This document shows, one piece after another, positions 13,412-26,000 of a stretch of 64,000 nucleotides of DNA. This DNA comes from Camelus ferus (taxonomy: Eukaryota), in assembly GCF_009834535.1 (NCBI RefSeq), contig NC_045696.1, positions 68,760,001-68,824,000 on the forward strand, written 5' to 3'. Numbering within the stretch: position 1 is the stretch's first letter; every line of letters begins with the position of its first letter. The position numbers were made by a program, and so were the translations under genes. Below the pieces are notes generated by a model. That model was not told where the DNA came from and searched no databases. It saw only the letters and a program-made list of their open reading frames with translations.

Positions 13412-14720
13412 GTACTGCGGCCCCTCCCTGCCTGGGTCACACTGGGTCCCCATGCTCGGCTCTCATGGGGAAGTGGCTGGGGGTGAGGGGCTGCAGGCCT
13501 GGGGCTCCTCTGGGGATGTGGCAGGATTCCCAACTCTGCCACCAAGTGGTTTGGGACCAAGGCACATTCTCTCTCCCGACTCCATTTCCCATCTGAAAAA
13601 TGGGGGCAAGGGAAGCAGTGATGGTGGGTTTGGACTAGACATGGTTTTCAAAACTGGCCTAACTTCAGAATCTCATGGGGAGATTAGGAAAAGAAAAAAC
13701 TGTTTCCTGAACTTTACCCCTTTACACTGTGGTTCATTGGGCCTGGAAAGGAACCTTCCAGCTCCAGCCTTCCCCAAGTCTGGGGCAAGAATTTGGATGT
13801 GAGTCTGTAGCTCAAAATGTTTCAGTATGGCCATTTGCCTCCTTGGGCCCCAAGACTGACAAAGCCCACAGGCCTTACTCCCTAATACCTCAAGGCAGCC
13901 AGTCCTGGTCTAAACCCTGCTGGAGCCATTTGACACAAGGGGGCCTGCAGTAACTCGAGGAAGAAAGGGGTGGACATTGTGGCAGGACCACAGCTGGGTG
14001 TGACTAATCCATCTCATAGACTCCGATGTCCTGGTCTTGCCTGCATTATCATAACATTCAGTGCCTGCTTCTCAGGAGAGGTGTGGAGAGGATATTAACA
14101 AAGGAGAGTTTGTCTAGGAAAAATGTCAGGGATGAGTCCTATCCAATTCAGTCTTTTGAAGGGAGGGCTCAGGGGCATATAATCACAGTCTAACACATTG
14201 AAGAATGGTCTTGAGAAGAAGGAGTGATCAGGGTCATCCTGAGTGGCATAAAAGAGATAACTATGCTCAATGAGTAAAAATTACAAGGGCATACATTTCA
14301 GTTGAACATGAAAATTCTGTTCCTTTAATCAGAGGAGTCTAGTACGAAAGGTCCAGGTGTTGAGCTCCCTGTCACTGTAGGAATGTCAATAGATGTCTGA
14401 GCTCTACTACAGAAGATGTGAAGGAAACATCAGACAGGAGTTGTACTCAGTGACATTTAGTATCTTTTCCAACCCTAAGTTTTGATGAAATAATCTGGCT
14501 AACCAACTCATTTTATAAATGAGGAAACAGAGGTCCATGCTGGGAAGTGACCTGTTCAAGCTTCCAGAGGAAGCCTTTTCAGGGCCTGGTAGGTCCAGGC
14601 CCTCACACCCCAGTTGTGTGGTTTTTTCATGTCCATCAGGCCTTGCATTCTAGAGACTGGCCTCTCTTGACCAGACGTTTCTTTGTTTTCTCACCTACTC
14701 CTGTTGTTGCCCCCGACCAG

Positions 14721-14839
14721 GGAATGAATGCCCCAAGCTGCAGCCTCCTGTCCATGGGAAACTCGAGCCCACGCAAGCCAAGTACTCCTTCAAGGACCAG
14801 ATGCTCATCAGCTGTGACACAGGCTACAAAGTGCTGAAG
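14721..14839 (+). CDS. MASP1: MASP1 exon 7, CCP1 N-terminal part (GNECPKLQPPVHG...CDTGYKVLK)
   Basis: cag|GG acceptor, AAG|gtaaaa donor, 119 bp. Confidence 0.97.
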
Positions 14840-15164
14840 GTAAAAGGTCCTGCCGGGGGAGGGGGAACCTCCAGGCCAGAGAATTTCCCCAGAGCCTCCC
14901 GGGGCAGATGGGCTTCCACAGTTTGTGATGGTCCCACCACAGGATTTCCTAACTTCCCTGTAAACCTCCCAAATGTGCCAGAAATTCCAGTCTTCTGAAA
15001 ATTCAGAGCGTGTGTCCCAGACTCTAACTTCTGAAAAGTAGCACAAAAATCAGAATCAGAATCAACAACCTTTACAAAGCTCATCAGGCTTATTGGGGGA
15101 ACCTGGACAGAAGCAGAGCTTTTAAAAGGTGGCAGATGGGCCTTGCTCACTGTCTGAGACACAG

Positions 15165-15510
15165 TGGCTCTCCTAGGAATCACCTGATTAACTTAAAAAC
15201 AAAAGCACCTCCCAGGCCCCACCTGAGATCAATTAAAGCAGAATCTCTGGGGCGGGGCCCAGTGACTTTTCCTGTTAAGTTGCCCAAGTGAGTCGGATGT
15301 GAACCAAGCTAGCGGGCCACTGCCCTCAAGGAACGGTCATCCAAGTAGGGCCCCCATCACAGCAGCCCATCACTTATTAGAAATGCAAAGTCTTGGTCCC
15401 TAGGCTAGACCCACTGATTCAGAAACTCTGGGGATGAGGCCCGGTGATCTCTGCAAAAAGTCCTCAGGGACTCAGGGATGCTGATGCTTAACTTGGGTTT
15501 GAGAGCTGCT
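15165..15510. mobile_element. Adjacent MER5-like hAT-Charlie elements
   Basis: MER5 motifs (gaatcacctg, cagaatctctggggcggggccc, ttagaaatgcaaa, ggtttgagagctgctg). Confidence 0.6.
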
Positions 15511-15776
15511 GCTCTGAAAAAAGGAGTCGGGGGACAGGATTCTCCTCTTAGACGTTGCCCAAACCCCGTCTTGCACATCGTCCTGACGTCCCTGCAGAGT
15601 AGGAATGGAGAATATGAATTCAGCATCTATATTCGCCTTATCCTCAAGCCTTTGGAGGCCTATGGTTGGAAAAGCTCAGTCAAGGACAGCCAGATGTAGA
15701 GTCTGAACCGGCGTCCCTGGGAAACAACCACCAACCCCAGCCCTCCTCCCCACTCCTTCTTCGTGTTTCTTCCTAG

Positions 15777-15855
15777 GATAATGTGGAGATGGACACATTC
15801 CAGATCGAGTGTCTGAAGGACGGGACGTGGAGTAACAGGATTCCCACCTGTAAAA
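15777..15855 (+). CDS. MASP1: MASP1 exon 8, CCP1 C-terminal part (DNVEMDTFQIECLKDGTWSNRIPTCK)
   Basis: tag|GAT acceptor, A|gtaaga donor, 79 bp. Confidence 0.97.
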
Positions 15856-18319
15856 GTAAGAAAACACAGTTGGTTGATTACAAGGATAATGAGCTTCCAG
15901 TGCCGGGGGGATCGGAGCAGAGACCACATAAGGGGGGAGGAACCTGGTAGTTGCACCCTGAGAAGGATGGGGTGGGAATCCCACAGACACACTGAGGCTG
16001 GACGAAAAGCTAGTAATGTTTCTTTGAGCAACAAGATATTGGGATTCCAAAAGAAACTTCTTGCGGGTCCCAGTCTACTTTCTGAATACTAATTTTACCT
16101 CTGCCTCCAGACAAGCTGCCAAATTTGCAAAAGGAATGGCTTGTCTCCAGGTTTGAAACTAGCTCTAGCAATTCCTAATTCAGGAAACTATTTTAGCACC
16201 AGTGCCCGGAGCTGAGTGACCTTGCCAGTCTTGACGTGGTCGTGAGCCACGTCCACTAAGTCTTCTGTGCAGCTCATGAGTTAGGGCTGTTGGGTCAGCA
16301 CGGTGGACCCGTGTGAGGTAGGGGGTGCAGCTCTGCACTGGTTCTTGGGACCCAGAGTTCTTGCCTTGTCTCTGCCCCTAACCCACCCAGTGACCATGGA
16401 CAAGATCTTTCACCTTGGCTGTCATGTAAAGAGTTTGGACTAGCTTTAATATTCTAGAATATATCCCAGTGGTTCTGAAATAATGCAATCCATATAAATC
16501 ACCTAGTGGACTTTGTAAAAAATACAAATCACCAGCCACCCCACCCCCCACCCCAGTGATTTCAATGCAAGACTTATAGGGACCACAATTTTAGCAAACT
16601 GATCTGTGGCAACAGCGATGAGAGGAGGTATGGTGATAGAGAAGAAGAAGAGAGGGAGGGAGGGAGGGAGGGAAGGAGGATTTACTTAAGAATGGAGAGG
16701 TGAGAAGTCAAGATTTAGGGTTGGACCCACCCAGCCCCATTTCATGACCTCATATGAACTTTGGAGTGCTGTCCTCTTCCTTTCTCCTAAATGGCTCAGG
16801 TCGTGTAGGCAGAAGGATCCACTCCTACTGCCCTGTGGGGACACTGTCAGGGTGGGGCTCCCTTGAGGCAAATCCCAGGCATAATTTTGGAGCAGAAAGT
16901 GTTTGTTTCTAATTTCCTTTTTTATGTGATGATGTGGCTGGAGTCAGAGCCCAGTGTGGGAAAGGGTGGGTTGGTGGGTGGCATTTTATGGCTTCAACAA
17001 AAAGTTTCAACATTTACTGGATGCCTGTGCAGAGGTCTACAGAGAATCAGATGGAAAAGACAAGGTCCAGACATTGAGGAACTCAAATACCAGCAGACAC
17101 ATCCGCCTCCTCCTCCAACACATAGTGCATGTGCCGTGCTGGGACTGAGTTCTAGGAGAGGCACTCTGCAGGACCCCGCAAGGGAGCGTTCTGAAGAGGA
17201 GGCAGAGGATGGGGGCTAGAGAGGGCAGGATGTGCTTTGGAGACAGGATGTTCTGGATTCAGATCCAGACTCTACCAGTTGAGTGTCCTGGAACAATTGA
17301 CTCAGACTCCTTTGGCCTCAGTTTCCTGCATTCCTGATTGTTCTGAGGACTGAATTAATGTATACATCACATCTGTGGAGCACCAGAAATAAGTAAAAGC
17401 CCAATAAAATCTTGTTTCTTTCCTCCACCCAACCCCCTTGTTAGGAAGAGATTTGGTTTCTCTTATTCATGCTTTTGGAAAGTAGGAAACTTTAGTAATA
17501 ATTTTTCCCCCTAATCAAACACACATACTTTTTATTGGAACAGAAGTGTTGATATAAAGCACGAATGATATTTGATGGTACCATTTTATGTGATGTATGT
17601 TAGTATACAAGAGAATGCCTATCATTTTGTACTAAAGAATAGAGGAATTTTTTTCTCCCTAACGTGACCTAGTTCTCCCAGCATAGCCTGGATCAGGACT
17701 ACGAGAATCCCCACTCAGACACAGCGGGCATCTCTGCTCATTCACTGAGTAGATATTTATTGAGTATATCTATTCCAGGCATGTGTTGGATCCTGGGGGG
17801 GATGCAAAGAGGAACAGGCCTGAGAAGTTGAGAGTCCCCAGCGACTGTGGAGGAAGGGGTTAGGAACAGACATGAAGTGTGCGTGTGCAGTGAAGAAACT
17901 TGCCCTGGGACAGGAAGTGAGGATTATGGGTTGTGGTCCTGGTCCTGCCTCCACCTTGCTGTGGTGACCCCTGACAAGTCCCACTCCACTCCGATGCCAC
18001 CTATCACATTAGGTGGACCAGATAAATGCAAAGCTCACTCCAGGGGCAGGATGGTATCTTCCTCGTGAGCCAGGATTTGTGACTGTGCAGATTCTCAGAA
18101 TGGTACACATTCCACAATCCCAGACTGTCCTTCACACTGGCTGTATCTCAACTGTGCATTCTTAATCAATTCTGGTGGAGTGATTTCTGTTTCCTGCATG
18201 AACTGTTTCTGCTTTGCTTGCTAATTTTTCTCTTTCTCTTCTTTTTCTCTCTCCCTTCTTCTGTCTGCTTCCTTTCTCTGTACCTCCTGACCCCTCCCTG
18301 ATCTTCACCACGGTGGCAG

Positions 18320-18372
18320 ACATGGAAATGGATGTGGAGAGCGACCCTGAGTCAGAGCCAGTGACAGAGTGA
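18320..18372 (+). CDS. MASP1: MASP1 exon 9, coding part of the MAp44/MAP-1 terminal exon (NMEMDVESDPESEPVTE*)
   Basis: cag|AC acceptor after a long pyrimidine tract; in frame with exon 8; 17 aa then TGA, same length and VTE end as human KNEIDLESELKSEQVTE. Confidence 0.92.
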
Positions 18373-19015
18373 ATGACAAGACCCCACACAGTGCAGACAT
18401 CCAGGAACGGACCACTCAGGAGACCCCTGGGTCCCAGAGCTACTCCATCCCTCCCCATCCTGCCAACACTCCATTTCCTATTTCAGTGCGGATTAGAATG
18501 GATGCTGAACAAGGCAACACAGGCTCAAGCAGTTGAAACTGCTGCATGTATGAGAGCAATCTTCCTTTGAGGGGTCACCCATCATTCAAACATTATGCTG
18601 GAAAGTAATGAAAAAACAATGTGGGATTTTTTTTTTTTAGGACTTCTATGTGGACTTTACTCTTCTCAAAGGGAAAATGGCTTTGGTTCCAGAGGCGCAT
18701 GATTTAATATAAAATCACATGGTCTTAGGCGGACCAGGTCAAAGTAGGTCCTGGTTTCTAATCCACTTTACACTTTAAGCTTAAATGGACCAGAATGCCT
18801 GTGACTTTATGACTTTAGTGTTTGTACCCATTGCTACTTTCTTAAGAACCAAAAGAAGGTGAAACTAACAATAACTCGTGTAGCGTGGATTTTTAGGAAA
18901 GCCAGACATAGTCTCATGTTCCTTTTCCACTTATACCTAACACAGGGCTGAAATTCCATCATCAGAAGTTCTTTCCTCTGGGGCTGACAAATTTTGCGTT
19001 TCCAAAATTTCCCTG

Positions 19016-19021
19016 ATTAAA
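19016..19021 (+). terminator. MASP1: Candidate MAp44 polyadenylation signal ATTAAA (alternative AATAAA at 19492-19497)
   Basis: Signal hexamer about 640 nt after the exon 9 stop; actual use not determinable from sequence. Confidence 0.4.
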
Positions 19022-22000
19022 GTTTTTCAAAAGATAGGCATCACACCTGAAAGCAGTGGTCCTCGGCTCTGGTGCCATGGGACATCACTGGGTCATAAAT
19101 ACTGGTGAGGAGAGGGCTGTGGAGGTGGGAATCTCTGCTTCAGCCTGAAAAGAATCTGGGTAGACTTAGCAGAGAACCCCTGCATAACATCGTGACTGCT
19201 CAGTCTGTTTGGTAATTAAATGGTCTCTTGATGAAGGAAAAATCCTGCCAAGTTGGACAATGAAAGGTCCAGAGACGGCAGGACCATCCTGGGGATGGAG
19301 TGCCCTTGAGAGAGGAGATGGGGCAATCACTAAAGATAGCATCAGTTGAGTCAATATTTTTAAGACCACGAATTGTAACAGGTCTTGTTCTCAGTGTGAC
19401 AGAGGGGATCGTAATTTAAGCAAAAGATTTGATATGAGCCCGAATAATTGCAACACCAGGCAATGTAAGATACATGCATCCAAGAGAGATGAATAAAAGG
19501 CCTTGCAAGTAGAAATGAGGAAGCAGCCCTGTCCAATTAGAAGAATGAGAAAAGGCTTTCAAGAAGCAGCAGTGTTTGATCAAGGCCTGGAGGGCGGCCA
19601 GAGCATGAACCACAGGGTTTCCCGTGTGCAGAAAGCTGCAGCACAGGGAGAGGTCTGTGATGCTGGCGCACAAGCACCCCAGAGGGAGGGACAAAGATGA
19701 GGCTGGGGTCGGGGGCATCCCTGGGACCTGAGGGCCAAGTGAGCCAATTGTGCGTGGTTCCCTAGGCAGCCCAGGACTGTGCCAAAGCATCCTCAGGATG
19801 GCAGGTCAAGAAAGATGTGTCTGAAGGAAGATATATGGCAGCAAGTGGTGACAGCAGAGACAGGGTGTGGGTGGCACCTCCCATCCAAGAGAAGAGGAGA
19901 AAGAAAGGCCAAGGGAACGGGTAAAGGAAGAGGAGTTTGGTGCAGTGTGGAAGTGGTCAGAGGCACTTTAGAGAAAAGGATGGGGCCCTTTCTCAAGCTG
20001 AGAAGATAGACTAGTTGAGGAAGCAGGGTCCGGATCTAGCATCTTGGATTGTGTCAGGCAGAGCTCAAAGGCCTCTTGCAAAGGGAAGTTGTCCCTAGGC
20101 CCCGGAGAGACATGGCTCTTTGCCTGCCACTGTAGACTTGGGGAGAAGTTGCCCCTTCCCCACTCACTATACCCAAGCTGGAGTGACACTGTTTCCCATC
20201 ATCTGTCACCCCTCTGTCTGGTTGTAAGACCAGCTTTATCCACAGGCAAAGTTACTTCTCTAGAGTGATGTGAAAGCAGGCCCTCAGTCCAGACAGTCCC
20301 TCTCCAGCAGTGCTGGCCACTCACAGGCTCCCAACAGCCTGACCACCTGGCCATGTCTAAGACTAGCCTGGCTGGAATTCCTCCACCTAGAACTAGGTAT
20401 TAGGTCCTGAGGATAATTTGGGTAAAACAGACCAAAATGAAGGGAGACAAGAGTAATACAAAGATCTCGGCAGCAATCAATGGTGTTTCCTAAAAAAGGA
20501 AGAAAAATTTGCTTTGGGACTCAGCAGGAAAATACATTTAAAATTGTTTATAGCTTTAGATAGTATTATTACCTCTTGTTATTGGAGTGCTGACCCTTCC
20601 AGGCTTCCCCCCAGAGTAGAAGAGTGTCTCTACTTTTGGGTAATCAAAGCCAAAAGGAACAATTTGTCCAAGAGGATTGGGGGCCAGGAAACATCACTAA
20701 CCAGTTCTCTTGGCTTTGGCCTTCCTTGTGGATAGGAGGTGCCTGCACTGATTCCCATCTGTCACCCCTCTCTTCCCCCCTGAAGGGCCTTGGAGTCATC
20801 TATAGTTTAAGTTAGGTAACTCTCTATTCAGTCAAAAAGATGAATTTGGAGTCCTAAAATTAGAAATCACAATTTATGAGTAGAATCTCAGGGGTGAGTT
20901 GTCTCTTCTGTTTCCCAAGGTGAGCAAGTAAAATTCAGGAGGAGAGAATCTCTGACTTTCGAATGCCATCCTCGGAAATTATCAATACTGACCACTAATG
21001 TTCACCCTTACACAGCTAATGTTGATTCTAGGCCATTTTCACTAGAGAACAGATCCTTAAGAATTGTCAGTCTGGTTTACTTACAAGAACACTGAGTTTA
21101 AAGTCAGATCTGGTTCTCTGACTGTAACTAACTGGGTGACCTTAGACAGTCAAGTCTCCTCCCTGAGCCCATCTATAAGTAAAGATGATGTTCTAGATTG
21201 CCTGACTTCAGGCTCCTTTCCAACTGTGAAGTTCTGTGATTCTTCAGTTCTGGCAGAGGTTTTGATCTAAGATTAGGATTTCCTTAGAAATGAGCACCAT
21301 CCTCTGATGAAGGCCCCTAAAGAGATACTGACAAACTGGGTCCTCAGCCACTGACCTGACTCCCGGCAGACTGGTGCCGGCAACTCCCCTAAGACCTGGC
21401 TGGATAGGAAGGCTCTCTAAGACCACCTCTGAGGAGCAGGCATCTTTGGTCTTGCCCTACAGTCTGCTCCAATGTCCAGCCACCAACAACTGGAGAAAAT
21501 GAGCAGGTGAAGACTAAAAGTTGGTCCAACCTGCCCCTCCTCCTGCCTTCTGTGCCTGCCGAGAACCAGCAGGGTGGGGCTACATACTTATGCAGGAGCT
21601 GGGTTTCTTTTTGTTTGTTTTGGGATTTTTTAATGCCAAGCTCCAGTGTGAGAACAATGACTGCTCTAACTCAGCATGTGGTTGGGGCTGGAAGAACTGA
21701 AGATTCTTTGGTTCATGTGAGCCAGAATTTTATCACTACGCCATGGGCTTCATGCTTGGGCAGAAGAGGATAAGAGGATTGCACAATAGAACTGGAAGTC
21801 AAGGAAAGGGGCCTGGTGGGGATCTGCTTGAATCTCAGCAGAACTGCCCCTGCCCTGGAATTGACAGCAGGCCAGGTGAGTTGACCACACAGTAGTACCA
21901 TAATAGATAGGAGAGGCCCCAGATGCAGGGCCACTGTTTGCATGGACTATGACATTGCTCTCTGGAGTTGTGTGCAGTGTACAACCTGCACATCTGTATG

Positions 22001-22070
22001 GGACAGGCCCACCAGATGGCCCCAAGACGAGGAAAGGGTAATTGAGAGGCCTCACTCTCTTCTCTCTCAG

Positions 22071-22208
22071 TTGCAGACTGTGGAGCCCCGGCAGAGCTGG
22101 AAAATGGGCTGGTCACCTTTTCCACCAGGAACAACCTTACCACATACAAATCTGAGATCAGGTACTCCTGCCAGCAGCCCTACTACAAGATGCTGAACAG
22201 TATCACAG
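22071..22208 (+). CDS. MASP1: MASP1 exon 10, CCP2 N-terminal part (IADCGAPAELENG...YYKMLNSIT)
   Basis: cag|TT acceptor, G|gtgagc donor, 138 bp. Confidence 0.96.
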
Positions 22209-22993
22209 GTGAGCCCTCTGTGTTGAACCAGCCCCCTCCCACCTCACACACACTGGATCTCTGGGTTAGTCTGGGGGCGGAAACAGCCAGTTAATTGGCC
22301 ACAGTTTGAGAGGAATTAGGAAGAGGAATACTTGGAGACATGCCTCCCCATTCCCTGCCTGAGGCCTGTATCCCAAGAGTTAGACTGCATGACACCCCAG
22401 TACCCACACAGACACACAGCCTCCAGCAGGGAAGGAACCCTCAAGGCCGATCAATTCTGCCTCCACTGCAGAATAGCGCTAAGAAAATTCTCCTAATTTC
22501 TCAAAGCCTCGAAGTCCTCCCTTCTGAAGGGAAATAGTGATGTAGCTCACAGAGCTGCTGTAAGCCTCATGAGATGGAGGACACGAGTGTGGTTTATAAA
22601 AGGTTTGTTAAGTGGAGAAACGGAGGCAGAGCAAGTGAACCAAGGGCCGCATGACTCATGATGAGAACTGCCTTCCAGGGGCTGGGCCGTGCCCCAACAG
22701 GCAGGAGTCAGATGGCTCAGAGCCTTGGAACCATACTGAAGAGAGTGCTGTTTATTTGTGAGGCGAATGGGGAGATGTTGGTGATTTTGAGCAGAGAAGA
22801 GACAAGGTCAGATTTCCATTTTAGAAAGATGCTTCAAGTTGCTGACACGACTGGCTTGGAGTGAACGGCATCAGAAAGGCTCTTTGAAGGACTTGCCATG
22901 ACCCACAACAGAAGAGTTAAGAACCGAGATCACTCTTCCATGTGCTATAAATTAACTATATTTTCCTTCTTCAATCTTTTCCCACTCTCCCAG

Positions 22994-23068
22994 GTGTATA
23001 TACCTGTTCTGCCCAAGGAGTCTGGATGAATGAAGTCCTAGGGAGAAGCCAGCCCACCTGCCTACCAG
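22994..23068 (+). CDS. MASP1: MASP1 exon 11, CCP2 C-terminal part (GVYTCSAQGVWMNEVLGRSQPTCLP)
   Basis: cag|GT acceptor, G|gtacct donor, 75 bp; last exon shared by MASP-1 and MASP-3. Confidence 0.96.
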
Positions 23069-26000
23069 GTACCTCACCCTCAAGTTCTCTGCCTCAAGGT
23101 CTCCTATGCAAGGACCTCAGGCCACAGGTGCTCTGGCTGTTAATGGATGGAGGGATGGGGGCATGATGCTTCAATTGTTCTTTAAGAGAGATTTTCAGAT
23201 GGTCAAGGGTCAGAAAAGCCCAGCCTCACACCTTCTCAAAACAACCAGCCTCTATATTCAGCCTATTCTATCACACCAGCAGCCTTCCTGCCTCCTCTCT
23301 CTGCAGTCGGCTTCCTTCCCACCAGATTTTTCATCCCACACAGCTGGTGTTTGCACCTGCTGTGTGCCAGGAAAAGGGAGAAGTAGGCACACTGTCCTTA
23401 AGCACTCACTGTGTTGTAATGGAGATGGACATCAGACAAATACCAAATGGCTATAGAACAGAGCAACAGGTTCTTCCACAGAGCAATGTGTTCAAGCCTT
23501 GGTGACTGCTGCCTCCCCGACCTTGCCTACTGACCCCCATCTTAAAATGAGAAAAGAGTTTTGTGGTAATAGGAAGTGTCCCTATGCGTGCAGACTTGGG
23601 GGATATTTTATGGACATTTGTGTTAGCATTAAAAGTCTGGATAACTTGCATCACAGTCATACTGTACACACATATTCAAATTGACTTAGAGAAGTTTAGC
23701 CCCAAGTGCATACTATAGGGTTAAATAGATACCTAACAATAAATTAAATTTAATATTCACAACACAGAAATTTACACTTAAAAAAGTAAGAATAGCACTG
23801 ATTGACAGGTACAGTCATTCAAGATGGCACTGAGGAGCAGCACTGATCTGCCATTTGCTTGAACAGCAGGAGCTTTGCAGTATGATTAGGTGTTGGGTGA
23901 CATTCGTATTTTACTGAATTAGAGTGTTGGGTAAACTGAGATAGTGTATTATTTGAATGCACATTTTAGTACCCTCAATATTCACTCAGTAGGCTTCCAG
24001 ATGTTAGACATTAAAATGGAAAGGTTAGGGAGCCGTCTACTATTGTCCTTGAGAACTGAAGTAAGTGTTAGCATTTGGGCATCAGTTTTGGCCATCACAG
24101 GTACTAGGAGATCCCAGAGAAGGAAGAAGTCACTGCACATGGTTGTCTGGGAGTAGAGAGATGGGGGCTGGTTAGGAAGATTTTGCTTAGGAGGGCTTTA
24201 TGCCTAAGAAAGAACTAAAAGAACTCATGAGGAGCTGGAGCAGGGAACAGGTCAACCCATCCATGCTCTGCTGATCCCCAGCCTCTCATTTGGGCTTAGC
24301 CAGGAGCATACCCTAGGGCCACAGCTGGGGAAGCCTCAGAGAAGATAGGAATGGTGGAACTGAGGCAAACTGGAGATCAAATCCCCATTTTGCTAAAATA
24401 CTATGTGGACCATAGAAGACAGCACTGCAGGTAGATTCCGTCTTGGGCAGCCATGTTGTGACCTCTGGAAGGGGGTGAGGCACTGAGCTGGGAGTCAGGA
24501 GCCTGGGTCCTAGTCCTGGTGTTGTCTTTCCTAATTGTGATCTTTGGTAAGTAAGCTCACCTCTCTGGGGCTAGGGTTTCATACCTCAGAAGTGAGGGAG
24601 CAGGACCAGGTGATCCATGACATTCCGGGACTCTTTGGTCATCATCATGTAGATTCATACAAAGCATCTCGTATGCAAGGAGCCGTGAAACTATTTTAAC
24701 ACCTGGTGGTCAGCAGAACATGGTGCATCATTGGACTAGGCCAGAGAATTCTAAATTCCCTCCCCCTAAAACACTGAGATTGAACCCAGAAGCAAGCCAA
24801 AATGGAGAAAGCCATTTCATCTAGCATAATAATGTCCACCTTACCAAGGAAACTGTTAAGCGTATATTATTTGCCCCTTATTTTACACATGAGAAAACTA
24901 AGGATCAGGGAAGTATAATAATTTGTCCAGAGTTACCTACAGAAAGTTAGAGGTGGAACTGGAAGGTGAACTCAAGGCTTTTGATGTCAACAAAAGCAAT
25001 GCCGAGCCATTCTTGACTCTGCCATCCTTATGAACCCAGTATTCTAAAATATCACATTTTTGCTTGTAGAGCCCTCCCTCAGTGCCTCCAGTCTTCTAGG
25101 GCCCGAATCTGACTTCAGCACAGCTGAAGCTAGTATTTCAGGGAGATTCCTTTGTCCCAGGAAAGACGGGATGGAGAATGGTAGCAGCCAAAAAGAATGG
25201 CCCCACTTCAGTGGGCTCTCTCAAAGTCTTGCTGGATCATTCAACTTCTTGAAAAGAGTGTATCAAGAAGAAAAACAGACTTTAGTGGGAAAAAATGAAG
25301 CTAGAGTCAGAAGAAATGGGCTCCATTGCTGGCTCTGCCACTAATAATTTTGAGTTTGTCATGTGCCTTCTCTGAACCTCAGTTTCTCCATCTGTAAATC
25401 GGCTGTTCTTCAAGTTTCCCCAGCTCTGACATTCTGTGACCTGGGGTACGCTCTGGCATCTTGGTTGGAAAAAGGCATCATTCAGCTCTGGCTTTCTTGT
25501 GTCCATGGACTGAGCCACAGGCATACTGCTTACCAGATGACGGCCTTTCATCACTAAATGAGTTTACATGCAGGGCTAGTCACAGACTTGCCTTGAGATG
25601 TCTTTGTAGGCTGCTACTTATTATTGGGAGTCTGGCCTTCAACTCTTAAAGGCCAGGCCACAAACTGTTAGCAACAATGAGCTCACATCTGGCCTGGGGT
25701 GAACAGCAGGGTGCTTCAGGATCACGAAAGAAGCATTTGGCATCAGGAAGAAGAGGATCTGAAAAGCATTAGGTTGCTAAAAGCCTGACCTCTCAAAGTT
25801 GCCAAGAAAACTCAAATGCTCCTTGGCCTTTAAAGGATCTTTGAAAGTATCCAGGGCCAAGGAGTGTAGCCTGGCAATTTGCAACCTAATGCGTGGTTAG
25901 GAGGAGGTCCACGCTCACACGAGGCTTACATCCCAGACATAAGCACTCTGCTGGGAGGAATCCATGTGAGCTTGTTCCTAGCAGTAGGGGGGCTGGTACT

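Noticed and set aside
20200..20771. 16-bp direct repeat catctgtcacccctct at 20200 and 20756
   Set aside because: Short and pyrimidine-rich, with no recognisable element between the copies.
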